From Ignavibacteriota bacterium (GTDB taxonomy: Bacteria > Bacteroidota > Ignavibacteria > UBA10030): a stretch of 64,000 bases of DNA. Both the position numbers and the translations under genes were made by a program. Under the pieces are notes generated by a model. The model was given only the letters and a program-made list of their open reading frames with translations, ran no database searches and was not told the DNA's origin. The number at the start of each line of letters is the position of its first letter. The stretch's first letter is position 1. The DNA is taken from the NCBI GenBank assembly GCA_963727825.1, contig CAVSHO010000009.1, forward strand, positions 416,001-480,000. The letters are read 5' to 3'. This document shows, piece after piece, positions 10,604 through 20,767 of the stretch.

Positions 10604-11082
10604 AATAGATCCTTTGTAATATTTTTGATTCTTGCAGGCAAAGCGTGAACTAATCTCACTTTGTGGAGTAAAGTGTACGCAATTCGTTCCGTATTTTCAA
10701 GTAACTTTATTGACCGGGTGTTTGTTGCTGCTGGAGTATAGGACCAGTCGGGTTCTACAGTAGCCTCGAGTGTATCAGTTTTAGTTACCATGGATTCTGT
10801 CCAACCTCTTGTATGTTATCTTCGGTTCGGGAGAGTTTGATGCGGTTCTGTATTAACAAGTTTTAAAAGGGAATAAAAGATATATTGTGAAAGAAAGAGG
10901 GCAACAGCAATTTTTTGTTTAACTCACAAAATAACATTGGTTGCGATAAATGGACTATCTGGCAATACTTGCTTTAATTTTATTTTCTGCCGAACTTAAT
11001 AAATGAAGAATTTACTTTTTAAATGGAACCATTTTTATGGAGAACATTTTTTAAGCAGACTTTTAATAGAAGGAATATACAG

Positions 11083-11445
11083 ATGTTTAGCAAATGCGTA
11101 ATACCTGGGCTATGTTCGACAGTATCTGTAACGTTCGCACAATAAGTCGATCGGGTTAAACTTGGGCGCCTGCAGACCGGTGAAATGCATCCGTTTGTTT
11201 ATAATTCCCGAACGAAACATGAACTTTTGATGGATATGCTCGATGGCGCAGAAGCCACAGACTCTAATGGTGTGGCGTGGAGATTCGGTGTCGAGTCTGC
11301 AGCGGTTGCCGGTCAGTCTGATGCACAGGATTACCGTTTGACATGGACAATGACAAAGGGGCAAATCGATTCCACGTCGGTCGGTGTTACTTTCAAGTTC
11401 AAAGATTGGTCGCCGGAAAACTTCGCGTTTGTTCCGGCAGGGTGA
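11083..11445 (+). pseudogene. Chimeric pseudogene: decayed copy of the 741-aa gene N-terminus fused to another fragment
   Basis: MFSKCVIPGLCSTVSVTFAQ*VDRVKLGRLQTG versus MFNKNVILGLCLTVSAAFAQQGDRVDIGNLQTG; TAA at 11143; same RBS context; in frame with the 11185..11445 ORF. Confidence 0.8.
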
Positions 11446-11492
11446 TTTGTGGATTATGACTATTTCCGGGTTGACAATAAAATTGGTGACCA

Positions 11493-14274
11493 ATGAAAGC
11501 CCACACAATGAAAAGACCATGCAGCAAACATGAAATTATATTCTGCATCATTCCAGCGATCTTGTTATTCTTCGGTTTTGAAACAGGTGCGCTGCTTGCG
11601 GATGCTCCAAAACCAGACCGGATAGAACTTGCAGAAAATTGGAAACTTGCCTCCTCGAAGGAAGTGCAATCCGAAGGTGCATTGATTTCGGTTACCGCCT
11701 ATAAAGATGATCGTTGGTATCCGATTCACCGGATGCCGGCAACGGTTCTTGAAATACTTCAGGAAGATGGTGTTTATCCCGACCTGTATGTTCGGGAAAA
11801 ATTTAATGGAAAAAGTTCCACAGGATTTATACAAGCAGGATTGGTGGTATCGGACTACATTTAACGCACCTGTGAGTGGTTTTTATACCCTCGAATTCCC
11901 CGGGATAAATTATAGGGCTGAAATATGGCTTAATGGCAATAAAATTGCCGACAACAAAGAAGCGGCCGGGATGTATGTAGCTCACGAATTTAATGTTACT
12001 CAATGGATCAAAAAAGGGATTAAGAACGTTCTTGCCGTCAGGGTAACACCCGAGCAGAAGATACAGAATGTAAACGGTGTGGAATTGGCAGATAGCTGGT
12101 TCGACTGGATTAATTGGAAATACCTGGGATACAATGCCCGACCGGATGATAAGGGTTATGGTTCCATCACGTCGTTCGTTCCAGACCGTAATGCAGGCAT
12201 TTGGAAACCTGTTTATTTAAGGCTGACGGGTGCTGTCTCTCTGAACCATTCTCTGGTAAATTCGGAATTGTCGCTTTCCGATTCCGTTGCCCGGCTTACT
12301 CTTTTTACAAGTTTGCACAATCTTTCCGAAAAACCCGTAAGCGGTATATTAAAAGGAATAATTTCTCGGACAGGAAAAACATCAATTCATGTAGAGCAAT
12401 CAATTAATCTCACGCCGAACGAAGAGCGAGAGGTTGTTTTCGTTCCTGATAATTATCAAGAATTAGTCGTAAAAAAACCGGATTTATGGTGGCCCTATAC
12501 CATGGGCGCTCCCAACCTCTATAACCTACATTTTGAGTTTGTGCAGGATAATATTGTTACAGATAGTTTTCATATTCGTTTCGGTATCCGAAGTATTACG
12601 CAACATCGCGATAATAATGAAAAGTTTCCCCAGATGGAGGGGGGCAATTTTTATTTGAAAGTTAATGGTCGTGATTTTCTGGTGCGTGGGGGCGACTATA
12701 CGCCGGATCTTCTCTATCGTTATGACCCGGAGCGTGAGGCGGACATATTGCGCTATGTAAAAGACCTTGGCATTAATTTTCTCCGGTGGGAATCGAAAAT
12801 ATCCAGTGAACACATTATTGATTTGGCCGATGAGCAGGGCATTCCACTTATGTTCGGGTGGATGTGCTGCAATCAATGGGAGAAATGGGACCAATGGGAC
12901 GGGGAATGCCATTGTGTGGCATCGCAGAGCCTCCGCTCGCAAATTCAGATGCTCCGGCACCATGCCTCAGTATTTATATGGTCAAATGCTAGCGATGGAA
13001 TGCCACCTGAAAAAATTATCAAAGAATATAATAAAACCCTATCCGAACTACATTGGCAAAACGCTTCGGTGAATACGGTTTCTGCCTTTGCAAAAGACTC
13101 AAGTGGGAACCGTTTATGGGACGGCATCCGCATGGAAGGCCCATACTGCTGGCGACCACCGAGTTACTGGTTCAGCGGGAAATATCCTGCAACCTGTGGC
13201 TCAACAGTTGAGCAAGGCGACAATGAACAAATTCCAACTTTGGAGAGCCTCAGGAAATTCATCCCGGAAGATAAACTCTGGCCAATCAATGATACGTGGT
13301 ATATGCATGCCGGGGCATGGCCAAATAATTGTTCACTCGGTGATATTCAACTCGCTTTAGAAAAACGCTACGGGCATTCGTCAAACATCGAGGACTTTGT
13401 ACGCAAAGCCCAGCTTGCCCATTACGAAAACGCCCGCGCGCAATTCGAGAGTTTTGCCGCCTGTGGATGGGCTTCGCATAAAATGACTGTTTACTGGATG
13501 CTAAACAGCCACTGGCCTTCATTCTACGGCAACCTCATCGATTATTACATGAGTCCTGGTGGTGTGTACTATGGGGCAAAAAAGGGGTTGCGGCCGCTCT
13601 CTGTCGTTTTCGATTCTTACTCTACAGGCGACAACAGTCAGGCTAAAATCATTGTTTTCAACCAGACTCCCAGCGATGTTCACGGATTACGTATTCGGAT
13701 ACGTGTATATGACCTCGACGGTAAGGTGCGTGACGACCGCTCTGCAAACGACATCTCGGTATCTTTCAATGGCATAGACCAGGTAATGTTGCTGCCGAAA
13801 TATCCCGAGAGTACACCGGTGTTTTTTGTGCGCTGTCAGTTATTTGATAAGAGTGATAAACTCCTGGTGGACAACACATATTGGAAATCACAGAAAGATG
13901 ATGATGTAGGGCCTCAAAAAAATGATTATTATACTTCTTTGCAACAGGAGAAATGGTCTGATATGACTGCATTAAATTCCATGCCTCCTGCGAATATCGA
14001 AGTAGAGGCACAGCAAGAAAAGAATGGGACAGAGAATCACATCACAATTCGTTTACACAATTCTACTGGACATATCGCATTTTTCGAGCGGGCTGCTATC
14101 TCCGTTGAATGCGACGGCAACGAAATCCTTCCAATCGAATATGATGACAATTACATTACCATATTTCCTGGTGAAACTGCCGAGATTCATGGAATCGTCC
14201 GGAATGCTGCCGAAGCTCATTGGGTTAAACTCGAGGGATACAATACGTCTACCATTTCAGTGCCTATTAAATAA
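11493..14274 (+). CDS. GH2, exo-beta-D-glucosaminidase (CsxA-like)/beta-mannosidase type (split by +1 frameshift near 11790-11793)
   Basis: PATVL...GVYPDLY then GKNLMEK...WWYRT; GINYRAEIWLNG, LWWPYTMG, FGIR, GWMCCNQWE, NASDG. The two ORFs differ by one frame. Confidence 0.85.
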
Positions 14275-14482
14275 AGGGAAATTCTTATTTCAATAATCTC
14301 ATAACAGCTATGAAACTGATTAAGTCACATGAAACAACCTAGTCTAGGAAAATCTGAAATAATTATAAAAAAGAAACAAACATGTTTGACGATAACCACA
14401 AACACCAATAAACACGTACAATTAAATTCTATCTGGCAGTTAGGTTGCTAAATGGTTTAACGTACAACGAAAAGGTAATCAA

Positions 14483-16402
14483 ATGAAAAAACAACTATTA
14501 ATTACAGCGCTTCTTTCCTTTCAAATATTATCTGCATTTTCGCAGAAAGCAACAGTAGTGTCGCCGAATCAAAAAATAAACGTTGCCCTCTATAACCGGC
14601 AAAATACAGATGTTGGTGATTGGTATTTAAAGGTAACTTATGTTAACAACGTCAAGAGTTGTGAAGCTATTCCACAAATCAGTCTGGGCCTGATGCGCAG
14701 CGATCAGGACTTCTCGAAAGAGCTTAAATTCTTACGACAAGGCAAACCTATTCTTGTTAATGAAAGTTACACTTCCTTGCATGGGAAAAAGGCCAAATGC
14801 ATTAATACTGCATACGAGATGGTCTTTTCGTTCGAAAATTCAAGTAAGGCCAAACTGAACTTGATCGTAAGGGCTTATAACGACGGTGTGGCTTTCAGAT
14901 ACGAATTTCCGGACAAGGAAGGTTCTTTTGTAGTTAAAGATGAACTTACATCATACACAATTCCAACTAATACAAAACGATGGATGGATAAATTCGACCT
15001 TGCCAGTGAAGTATTGTACAATTATATAAAAAGCGATAGCCTTCAGCAAAGCTGGGGCTATCCGGCACTTTTTAATTCATCGGATACAACATGCTGGTTT
15101 CTCATTCATGAGGCGGACGTGAATCGAAGCTATTGCGCTTCGCGTCTTAGTAATACAATTGAAAAATCTTCGTACAAAATTACTTTTCCTGAATTCTGGG
15201 AAGGAGATGGTGAATCGCAGCCTTCCATATCACTTCCGTGGAAATCGCCATGGAGGGTTATTATTATTGGCAGTCTGGCCGATATAGTTGAATCGACCTT
15301 GGTTGATGATGTTTCTACTCCCTCTGTGCTAGATAATACCGATTGGATTAAGCCTGGCATTGCTTCCTGGAATTATTGGTCCAACAATCATGGTACAAAA
15401 GATTACAAGGTTGTGTGTGAATTTGCAGATTTGGCTGCCGAAATGAATTGGCCCTACACGCTACTCGACTGGGAATGGGATCAAATGGGGAATGGCGGCA
15501 ACCTTGAAGATGCATTGAAATATATTCAGTCAAAAGGGATAAAACCTTTAATGTGGTATAATGCTGGAGTATCTAAATGGGTACCAAATACACCCCGCGA
15601 TCGGATGCTTACTCATGAAAGCAGAGTTGAAGAGTTTTCGAAACTTAAAAAGCTTGGAGTTGCTGGAGTAAAAATTGATTTTTTCTTAACAGAGAAGCAA
15701 GAAATGATAAAGTATTATCACGATATTTTAGATGATGCAGCACAGTATCAAATAATGGTCTATTTTCATGGGTGCATCGTTCCGCGAGGATGGTCACGTA
15801 CCTATCCACACCTTATGACGCAAGAAGGAATTCGTGGTGCTGAGTGGTACAACAATGGCCCCGAATTTACAACTACTGCACCAGAACACAATACCATAGT
15901 TCCATTTACCAGGAATGTAGTTGGCCCAATGGATTATACACCCGTGACTTTTACCAATTCGCAGTACCCACATATCACATCGTATGGGCATGAGCTGGCG
16001 TTAAGTGTGGTGTTCGAGTCTGGCCTTCAGCACATGGCCGATCGTCCAGAAGGATATTTACTACTGCCCGACGCCGCCAAATCGTTTCTTAAGGAAGTAC
16101 CGAATGCATGGGATAATACTAAGTTCCTTAGTGGTTACCCTGGAAAGGACATTATTATTGCCCGTCAGAAAGGCAATGCATGGTACATTGGCGGTATTAG
16201 TTCTGAGATAATAGAGAAAACAAAAAATCTTGTATTCAACTTTTTACTTGAAGGTGTAAAATATAAGCTTACTTTGATCGCTGATGGCAAACACGATAAA
16301 GATTTTGCAACAAATTATATGGTTGTAGATAAATCATCGATGGTTGAGGTCAAAATGCTTCGTCGGGGTGGTTTTGTTGCAAGTCTGAAACCTATTGAAT
16401 AG
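14483..16402 (+). CDS. GH97 glycoside hydrolase, retaining (alpha-galactosidase-like) subgroup
   Basis: RAYNDGVAFRY, SPWRVIIIG, WIKPG, GVKIDF, RTYPH..EGIRGAE, GPMDYTP. KIDF Asp is typical of retaining GH97. Confidence 0.9.
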   Translation: MKKQLLITALLSFQILSAFSQKATVVSPNQKINVALYNRQNTDVGDWYLKVTYVNNVKSCEAIPQISLGLMRSDQDFSKELKFLRQGKPILVNESYTSLHGKKAKCINTAYEMVFSFENSSKAKLNLIVRAYNDGVAFRYEFPDKEGSFVVKDELTSYTIPTNTKRWMDKFDLASEVLYNYIKSDSLQQSWGYPALFNSSDTTCWFLIHEADVNRSYCASRLSNTIEKSSYKITFPEFWEGDGESQPSISLPWKSPWRVIIIGSLADIVESTLVDDVSTPSVLDNTDWIKPGIASWNYWSNNHGTKDYKVVCEFADLAAEMNWPYTLLDWEWDQMGNGGNLEDALKYIQSKGIKPLMWYNAGVSKWVPNTPRDRMLTHESRVEEFSKLKKLGVAGVKIDFFLTEKQEMIKYYHDILDDAAQYQIMVYFHGCIVPRGWSRTYPHLMTQEGIRGAEWYNNGPEFTTTAPEHNTIVPFTRNVVGPMDYTPVTFTNSQYPHITSYGHELALSVVFESGLQHMADRPEGYLLLPDAAKSFLKEVPNAWDNTKFLSGYPGKDIIIARQKGNAWYIGGISSEIIEKTKNLVFNFLLEGVKYKLTLIADGKHDKDFATNYMVVDKSSMVEVKMLRRGGFVASLKPIE

Positions 16403-16461
16403 GCTATTAAAGAATTAATGAATTTAGTTTAACAAGCTTTATACACATAACAGGTCTTTTT

Positions 16462-17889
16462 ATGAATAAATTAATAAAAATATTTATAGTAATTTTAGGA
16501 ATTACTTTTTTGCATTTCAGCGGCAAAGCACAAAATCCTATTATCCAAACAAAATATACAGCCGACCCTGCACCAATGGTGTATCATGATACGGTATTCC
16601 TTTATACCAGCCATGATGAGGATGATGCATTTGGTTTTAAAATGCAGAATTGGTTGCTGTACACATCCACCGATATGGTCAACTGGACCGACCATGGAAT
16701 AATCGGAGGAGTAAAAGAACCTTATAGGACATTCACCTGGGCTGATGGCCATGATGCATGGGCTCCCCAGTGCATTGCCAGAAACGGAAGGTTTTATTTA
16801 TATTGTCCTACGATCTACCTTGGGAAGATGGCAATTGGAGTTGCTGTATCAACCAGCCCTTATGGTCCGTTTACCGATGCACTCGGTAAACCGTTAATCT
16901 TTCGGAATAATCCGGGCGACTACGATCCTACAGTATTCATCGATGATGATGCCCGCCTGCCGGACGGGCAGGGGCAGGCTTTTTTGTATTGGGGTGGTAA
17001 TGGTCCCTGCTATTACGTGAAGTTGAATGAAGACATGATCTCTACTTCGGGAGATATCCAGATTGCATCTATCGACTTTTCCGGAACTCCACCCGAAGCA
17101 TCATATACTGAAGGCCCATGGTTATGGAAAAAGAAAAACCATTACTACCTGGCCTGGGCGTCGCGCTGTTGCCCAGAAGGTATCGGGTATGCTATGAGCG
17201 ACAGTCCTACCGGCCCATGGAAGTGTAAAGGTACTATCATGGATCCGGATGAGAGGTCTTCAGGAAACCATCCAGGAATTATCGACTACAAAGGGAACTC
17301 TTACGTTTTCGGATTTAATTATGCCATTCTGAAACAAACAATGTCAAAACATTATGAACGACGTTCGATATGTGTTGAAAAAATGAACTATAATGCCGAT
17401 GGCTCAATTCAGAAAGTTCCATGGTGGTCAACAACGGGGACTCCTCAAATTGGTGTTTTAAACCCATACATAAAAAACGAAGCCGAAACCATGGCTTTCA
17501 GCGAAGGGGTGAAGACTGAATTTGCTACTGAATGGGAACGCAACATCCCATGGGATCTGGGGAAAAAAATCGCTGACAGGTTATTTGTGACCGCTATTCA
17601 CAACGGCGATTATATTAAGGTGGAGGGCGTTGACTTTTCAGAAGGGCCGACTTCGGTCGATGTGAGTGTAGCTTCTTTAAGTGGTGGAAAAATCGAAATT
17701 CATACCGACAAAATTGATGGACCTATAATGGGAACAGTCAACGTAAATACTTCAGGAGAAGGAGACATTTGGAAAACGATTAGTACCCCGGTGAGTAATA
17801 TCAAAGGAGTTCACGATTTGTTCTTTGTATTTAGGGGAGAAAAAGATTTGTTTAATTTCGACTGGTGGATGTTTAAAAAACAACAATGA
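16462..17889 (+). CDS. GH43 beta-xylosidase/arabinofuranosidase with C-terminal CBM6
   Basis: YTADPAP, WAP, YDPTVFIDDD, EGPW, NHPGI; CBM6 EAET...NGDYIKVEGVDF...GVHDLFFVF...FNFDWW. Confidence 0.92.
   Translation: MNKLIKIFIVILGITFLHFSGKAQNPIIQTKYTADPAPMVYHDTVFLYTSHDEDDAFGFKMQNWLLYTSTDMVNWTDHGIIGGVKEPYRTFTWADGHDAWAPQCIARNGRFYLYCPTIYLGKMAIGVAVSTSPYGPFTDALGKPLIFRNNPGDYDPTVFIDDDARLPDGQGQAFLYWGGNGPCYYVKLNEDMISTSGDIQIASIDFSGTPPEASYTEGPWLWKKKNHYYLAWASRCCPEGIGYAMSDSPTGPWKCKGTIMDPDERSSGNHPGIIDYKGNSYVFGFNYAILKQTMSKHYERRSICVEKMNYNADGSIQKVPWWSTTGTPQIGVLNPYIKNEAETMAFSEGVKTEFATEWERNIPWDLGKKIADRLFVTAIHNGDYIKVEGVDFSEGPTSVDVSVASLSGGKIEIHTDKIDGPIMGTVNVNTSGEGDIWKTISTPVSNIKGVHDLFFVFRGEKDLFNFDWWMFKKQQ
16952..16972. 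repeat. 21-bp in-frame palindromic insertion in GH43
   Basis: CCCGCCTGCCGGACGGGCAGG (hairpin CCTGCC-GGACG-GGCAGG). Its removal restores the canonical FIDDDGQAFLYWG. Confidence 0.75.
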
Positions 17890-17961
17890 TAAAATAGAAA
17901 TGAAATAATTATGGACAAACAACACGAAGACAGACAGCATAATTTTCTGGTCGTCAAATAT

Positions 17962-20307
17962 ATGCGCTCCATCTCGATTACCCTATTGTTTTCATTCTTG
18001 TTATTTAATGATTTCACATCTTTGATTGCTTCTGAAAAGCATTCATTCGAAGCAGAATTGGCCAAACCAATTGGATCGGCATATAAGGTACCTGATAGCA
18101 ATGCATCGAGTAGCTTTGCAGTTAGTCTGACCAAACCTGGTGATGGAATCAAGTTCTCAAACCTGCCTGCAGCTCGTAAATTGGCCATTCGTTATGCGTC
18201 AATGGAAGTTGGAACCATCAGTGTTTCTGTAAATGACAAGCCGGCGAGTAAGGTGAACGTACATTCGTCGGGAAATCGCATCGGTTCATTCCTACTCGCC
18301 ATCGTTGATATTCAAATTCCTCGTAATACTGATCTGACAGTCAGCATGATTGGCAACGATGTTGCAATAAACGTAGATCAGATAATTGTCGGCGACGGTG
18401 ATTTAGGACTACCTCCGGATATTTGGAACCTGCCGCCATTACATGTCGCCGCTGGTCCGTATCCTGCCGATTGGAAGGGATTGAGCCGGATTTACATTGT
18501 GCCGGAGTGGTGGCGCGATGCCAAGTTTGGTGCATGGGCGCATTGGGATCCGCAATCTATGCCTGAACAGGGCGACTGGTATGCCCGCGGCATGTATATT
18601 CAGGGCAGCGGACAATATGAATACAACCTCAAACACTTTGGTCATCCATCTGAATATGGTTATAAGGACATTTGCCATAATTGGGTGATCGATCGATGGA
18701 AACCCGAAGAGCTGATGGATTTGTATGTTGAGATGGGCGCCCGTTTCTTCATGGCTATGGGTGTTCACCATGACAACTTTGATTGCTGGAATTCCGCCTA
18801 CCAGCCCTGGAATTCTGTGAATGTTGGACCTAAGAAAGATATAGTTGGTTCTTGGGAAAAGGAAGCGCGCAAACACGGACTTCGTTTCGGCATTGGGTTT
18901 CATAATACACCAGCCCGCACATGGGGTCAGTTCATGACGGTTCGATACACTAGTGATAAAACCGGGACAATGAAAGGGGTGCCCTACGATGCGCTTCAAA
19001 CGATTCTTGATGGAAAAGGAAAATGGTGGGAAGGCATGGATCCAGTGGACCTTTATGGGCCAATTCATGATATCAAAGATCCGTTACATTCGCCATTTGC
19101 CAACCAGTTTATGTGGCGGGTGGATGATGCAATCACAAAATATCATCCCGATGTAATTTATTTCGATGAACATGCGGGCGATTCACAAGTTGATTTGGGC
19201 GTGCACATGGGACTTGGTTTTCTCGCTCCGCCGCTGGTTGCGAACTACTACAATAAATCTATACAATGGAACCATGGAAAAATGGACGTAGTGGTTAATC
19301 TTAAAGGCGTGGGCGGGCGTTACGATAGTTTCCAAAACAACCCCGAATTGCTTCCCTACGTTGATCGTTCATTGGTCAAGAGTACGGAGGCCTTCATAGA
19401 ACAGGAGATCATGGCTTATCCATTCCAAACCGAAACCAGCATCGCTGCATGGCACTACCAAACCGGGCAGGAATACATGGATGCCGGATCTGTGATCCGG
19501 TCGCTGATGCAAAACGTTTGCCGCAATGGATCCATGTTGCTCAACATCACCCAGCATGGTCGAGGCGATCTCGATTCTCAAGTGGTTCGTATTTGCAAAA
19601 ACATCGGTGCCTGGTTGAAAATAAACGGCGAAGCTGTCTATGGCTCCCGTCCGTTTGAAGTCTATGGAGAGAATTCAGTTTGCTACACACGCAACAACGG
19701 AAATGTCTATGCTACACTCTTGGAGTGGCAAGGCGGCCCAATCACATTCAAGGCTTTGTGTGCTGGCGGGGCAACACTGGGCAAAGTATCCAAAGTCGAA
19801 ATGCTCGGCTCTGATGTTGCGCTGACATTTTTTCAAGACGATCGGGGACTGACGGTGACGCTCAGCGGATCGGTACAACCGCTGCCGGGTATCGCTGATC
19901 AGCAGCTGGCTTCGGTGTGTCGTGTTCTACGTATCACACATGACAGAGGCTGGATCAACGACGATGACCCAGGTACAACGGCACCTGGATGGGTTCACCG
20001 TTGCAATCTAGGAACAGGAGACTTCAACAATGATCTCACTACAAGCGACACACCTGGTGATGTCTGGAGTTGTTCGTTCACCGGTAGCAACATCTCAGTC
20101 ATTGCCCCGAAAATAGCTGGAGCCGGAAAGATTGAGGTTCAGATAGACGGCCAAACCCGTGATATGGTGGATTTGTCTACCACGGGTGAGCGCCAAGCTC
20201 AGCAGGTGGTATGCAAAGTGAGCGATTTAACTCCAGGTAGACATATCATTAATATTGTCAATCGTGGATCTGGACCAGTAGCTGTCGATGCAATAATCGT
20301 CCAGTAA
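17962..20307 (+). CDS. GH29 alpha-L-fucosidase family with N- and C-terminal CBM-like domains
   Basis: PEWWRDAKFGAWAHW, VHHDNF, VIYFD, GSMLLN, WLKINGEAVYGSRP. Start at MRSISITLL chosen for its signal peptide (ORF open from 17911). Confidence 0.88.
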   Translation: MRSISITLLFSFLLFNDFTSLIASEKHSFEAELAKPIGSAYKVPDSNASSSFAVSLTKPGDGIKFSNLPAARKLAIRYASMEVGTISVSVNDKPASKVNVHSSGNRIGSFLLAIVDIQIPRNTDLTVSMIGNDVAINVDQIIVGDGDLGLPPDIWNLPPLHVAAGPYPADWKGLSRIYIVPEWWRDAKFGAWAHWDPQSMPEQGDWYARGMYIQGSGQYEYNLKHFGHPSEYGYKDICHNWVIDRWKPEELMDLYVEMGARFFMAMGVHHDNFDCWNSAYQPWNSVNVGPKKDIVGSWEKEARKHGLRFGIGFHNTPARTWGQFMTVRYTSDKTGTMKGVPYDALQTILDGKGKWWEGMDPVDLYGPIHDIKDPLHSPFANQFMWRVDDAITKYHPDVIYFDEHAGDSQVDLGVHMGLGFLAPPLVANYYNKSIQWNHGKMDVVVNLKGVGGRYDSFQNNPELLPYVDRSLVKSTEAFIEQEIMAYPFQTETSIAAWHYQTGQEYMDAGSVIRSLMQNVCRNGSMLLNITQHGRGDLDSQVVRICKNIGAWLKINGEAVYGSRPFEVYGENSVCYTRNNGNVYATLLEWQGGPITFKALCAGGATLGKVSKVEMLGSDVALTFFQDDRGLTVTLSGSVQPLPGIADQQLASVCRVLRITHDRGWINDDDPGTTAPGWVHRCNLGTGDFNNDLTTSDTPGDVWSCSFTGSNISVIAPKIAGAGKIEVQIDGQTRDMVDLSTTGERQAQQVVCKVSDLTPGRHIINIVNRGSGPVAVDAIIVQ

Positions 20308-20338
20308 GCGAACTATGGAATTATACTTGTAATAAGAT

Positions 20339-20369
20339 CTTGTATCAACAACTGGTAAAAGACAATTAA
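20339..20369 (+). pseudogene. Orphan 3'-end remnant of another paralog of the 741-aa gene
   Basis: TTGTATCAACAACTGGTAAAAGACAATTAA = LYQQLVKDN-stop, versus LYQQLIKEN-stop at 2284-2313. Confidence 0.6.
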
Positions 20370-20767
20370 AGAGGTAAATATTCATTAAAAACCGATTGAA
20401 ATATTTAATTTTGATAGCAATGAATTTATTTACAAGAGCTAATGGATGATAATATTTGTTAGATCAGTGTAAATTTAAACGGAAATTGAAAGTTTTTTAT
20501 AACTAAATGTTAAATCAGTCTGTCAAAAGTACTTTTTTTTACATAGTATTATGGTGTTAAATAACAACCGATTTGTTTTTTTCGATTCTGGAATTGTTGT
20601 ACTATATATGGATTATCCCTAAGAACACCAGCAAAATATTATGTTACCTTACTTTGAGTTTAGAAATTACAAAATAAGTGAATGCCAAAAGAAAAAGAGT
20701 TATTAATTAATTTCAAATACAGGGATATAGAATCAACTAATTAATTCAAACTAAATCATGATGAATT

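Noticed and set aside
10600-10791. 63-aa minus-strand ORF overlapping the next start (ATGA)
   Set aside because: No recognisable motif or clear RBS; it could be real or a relic, but I cannot support a call.
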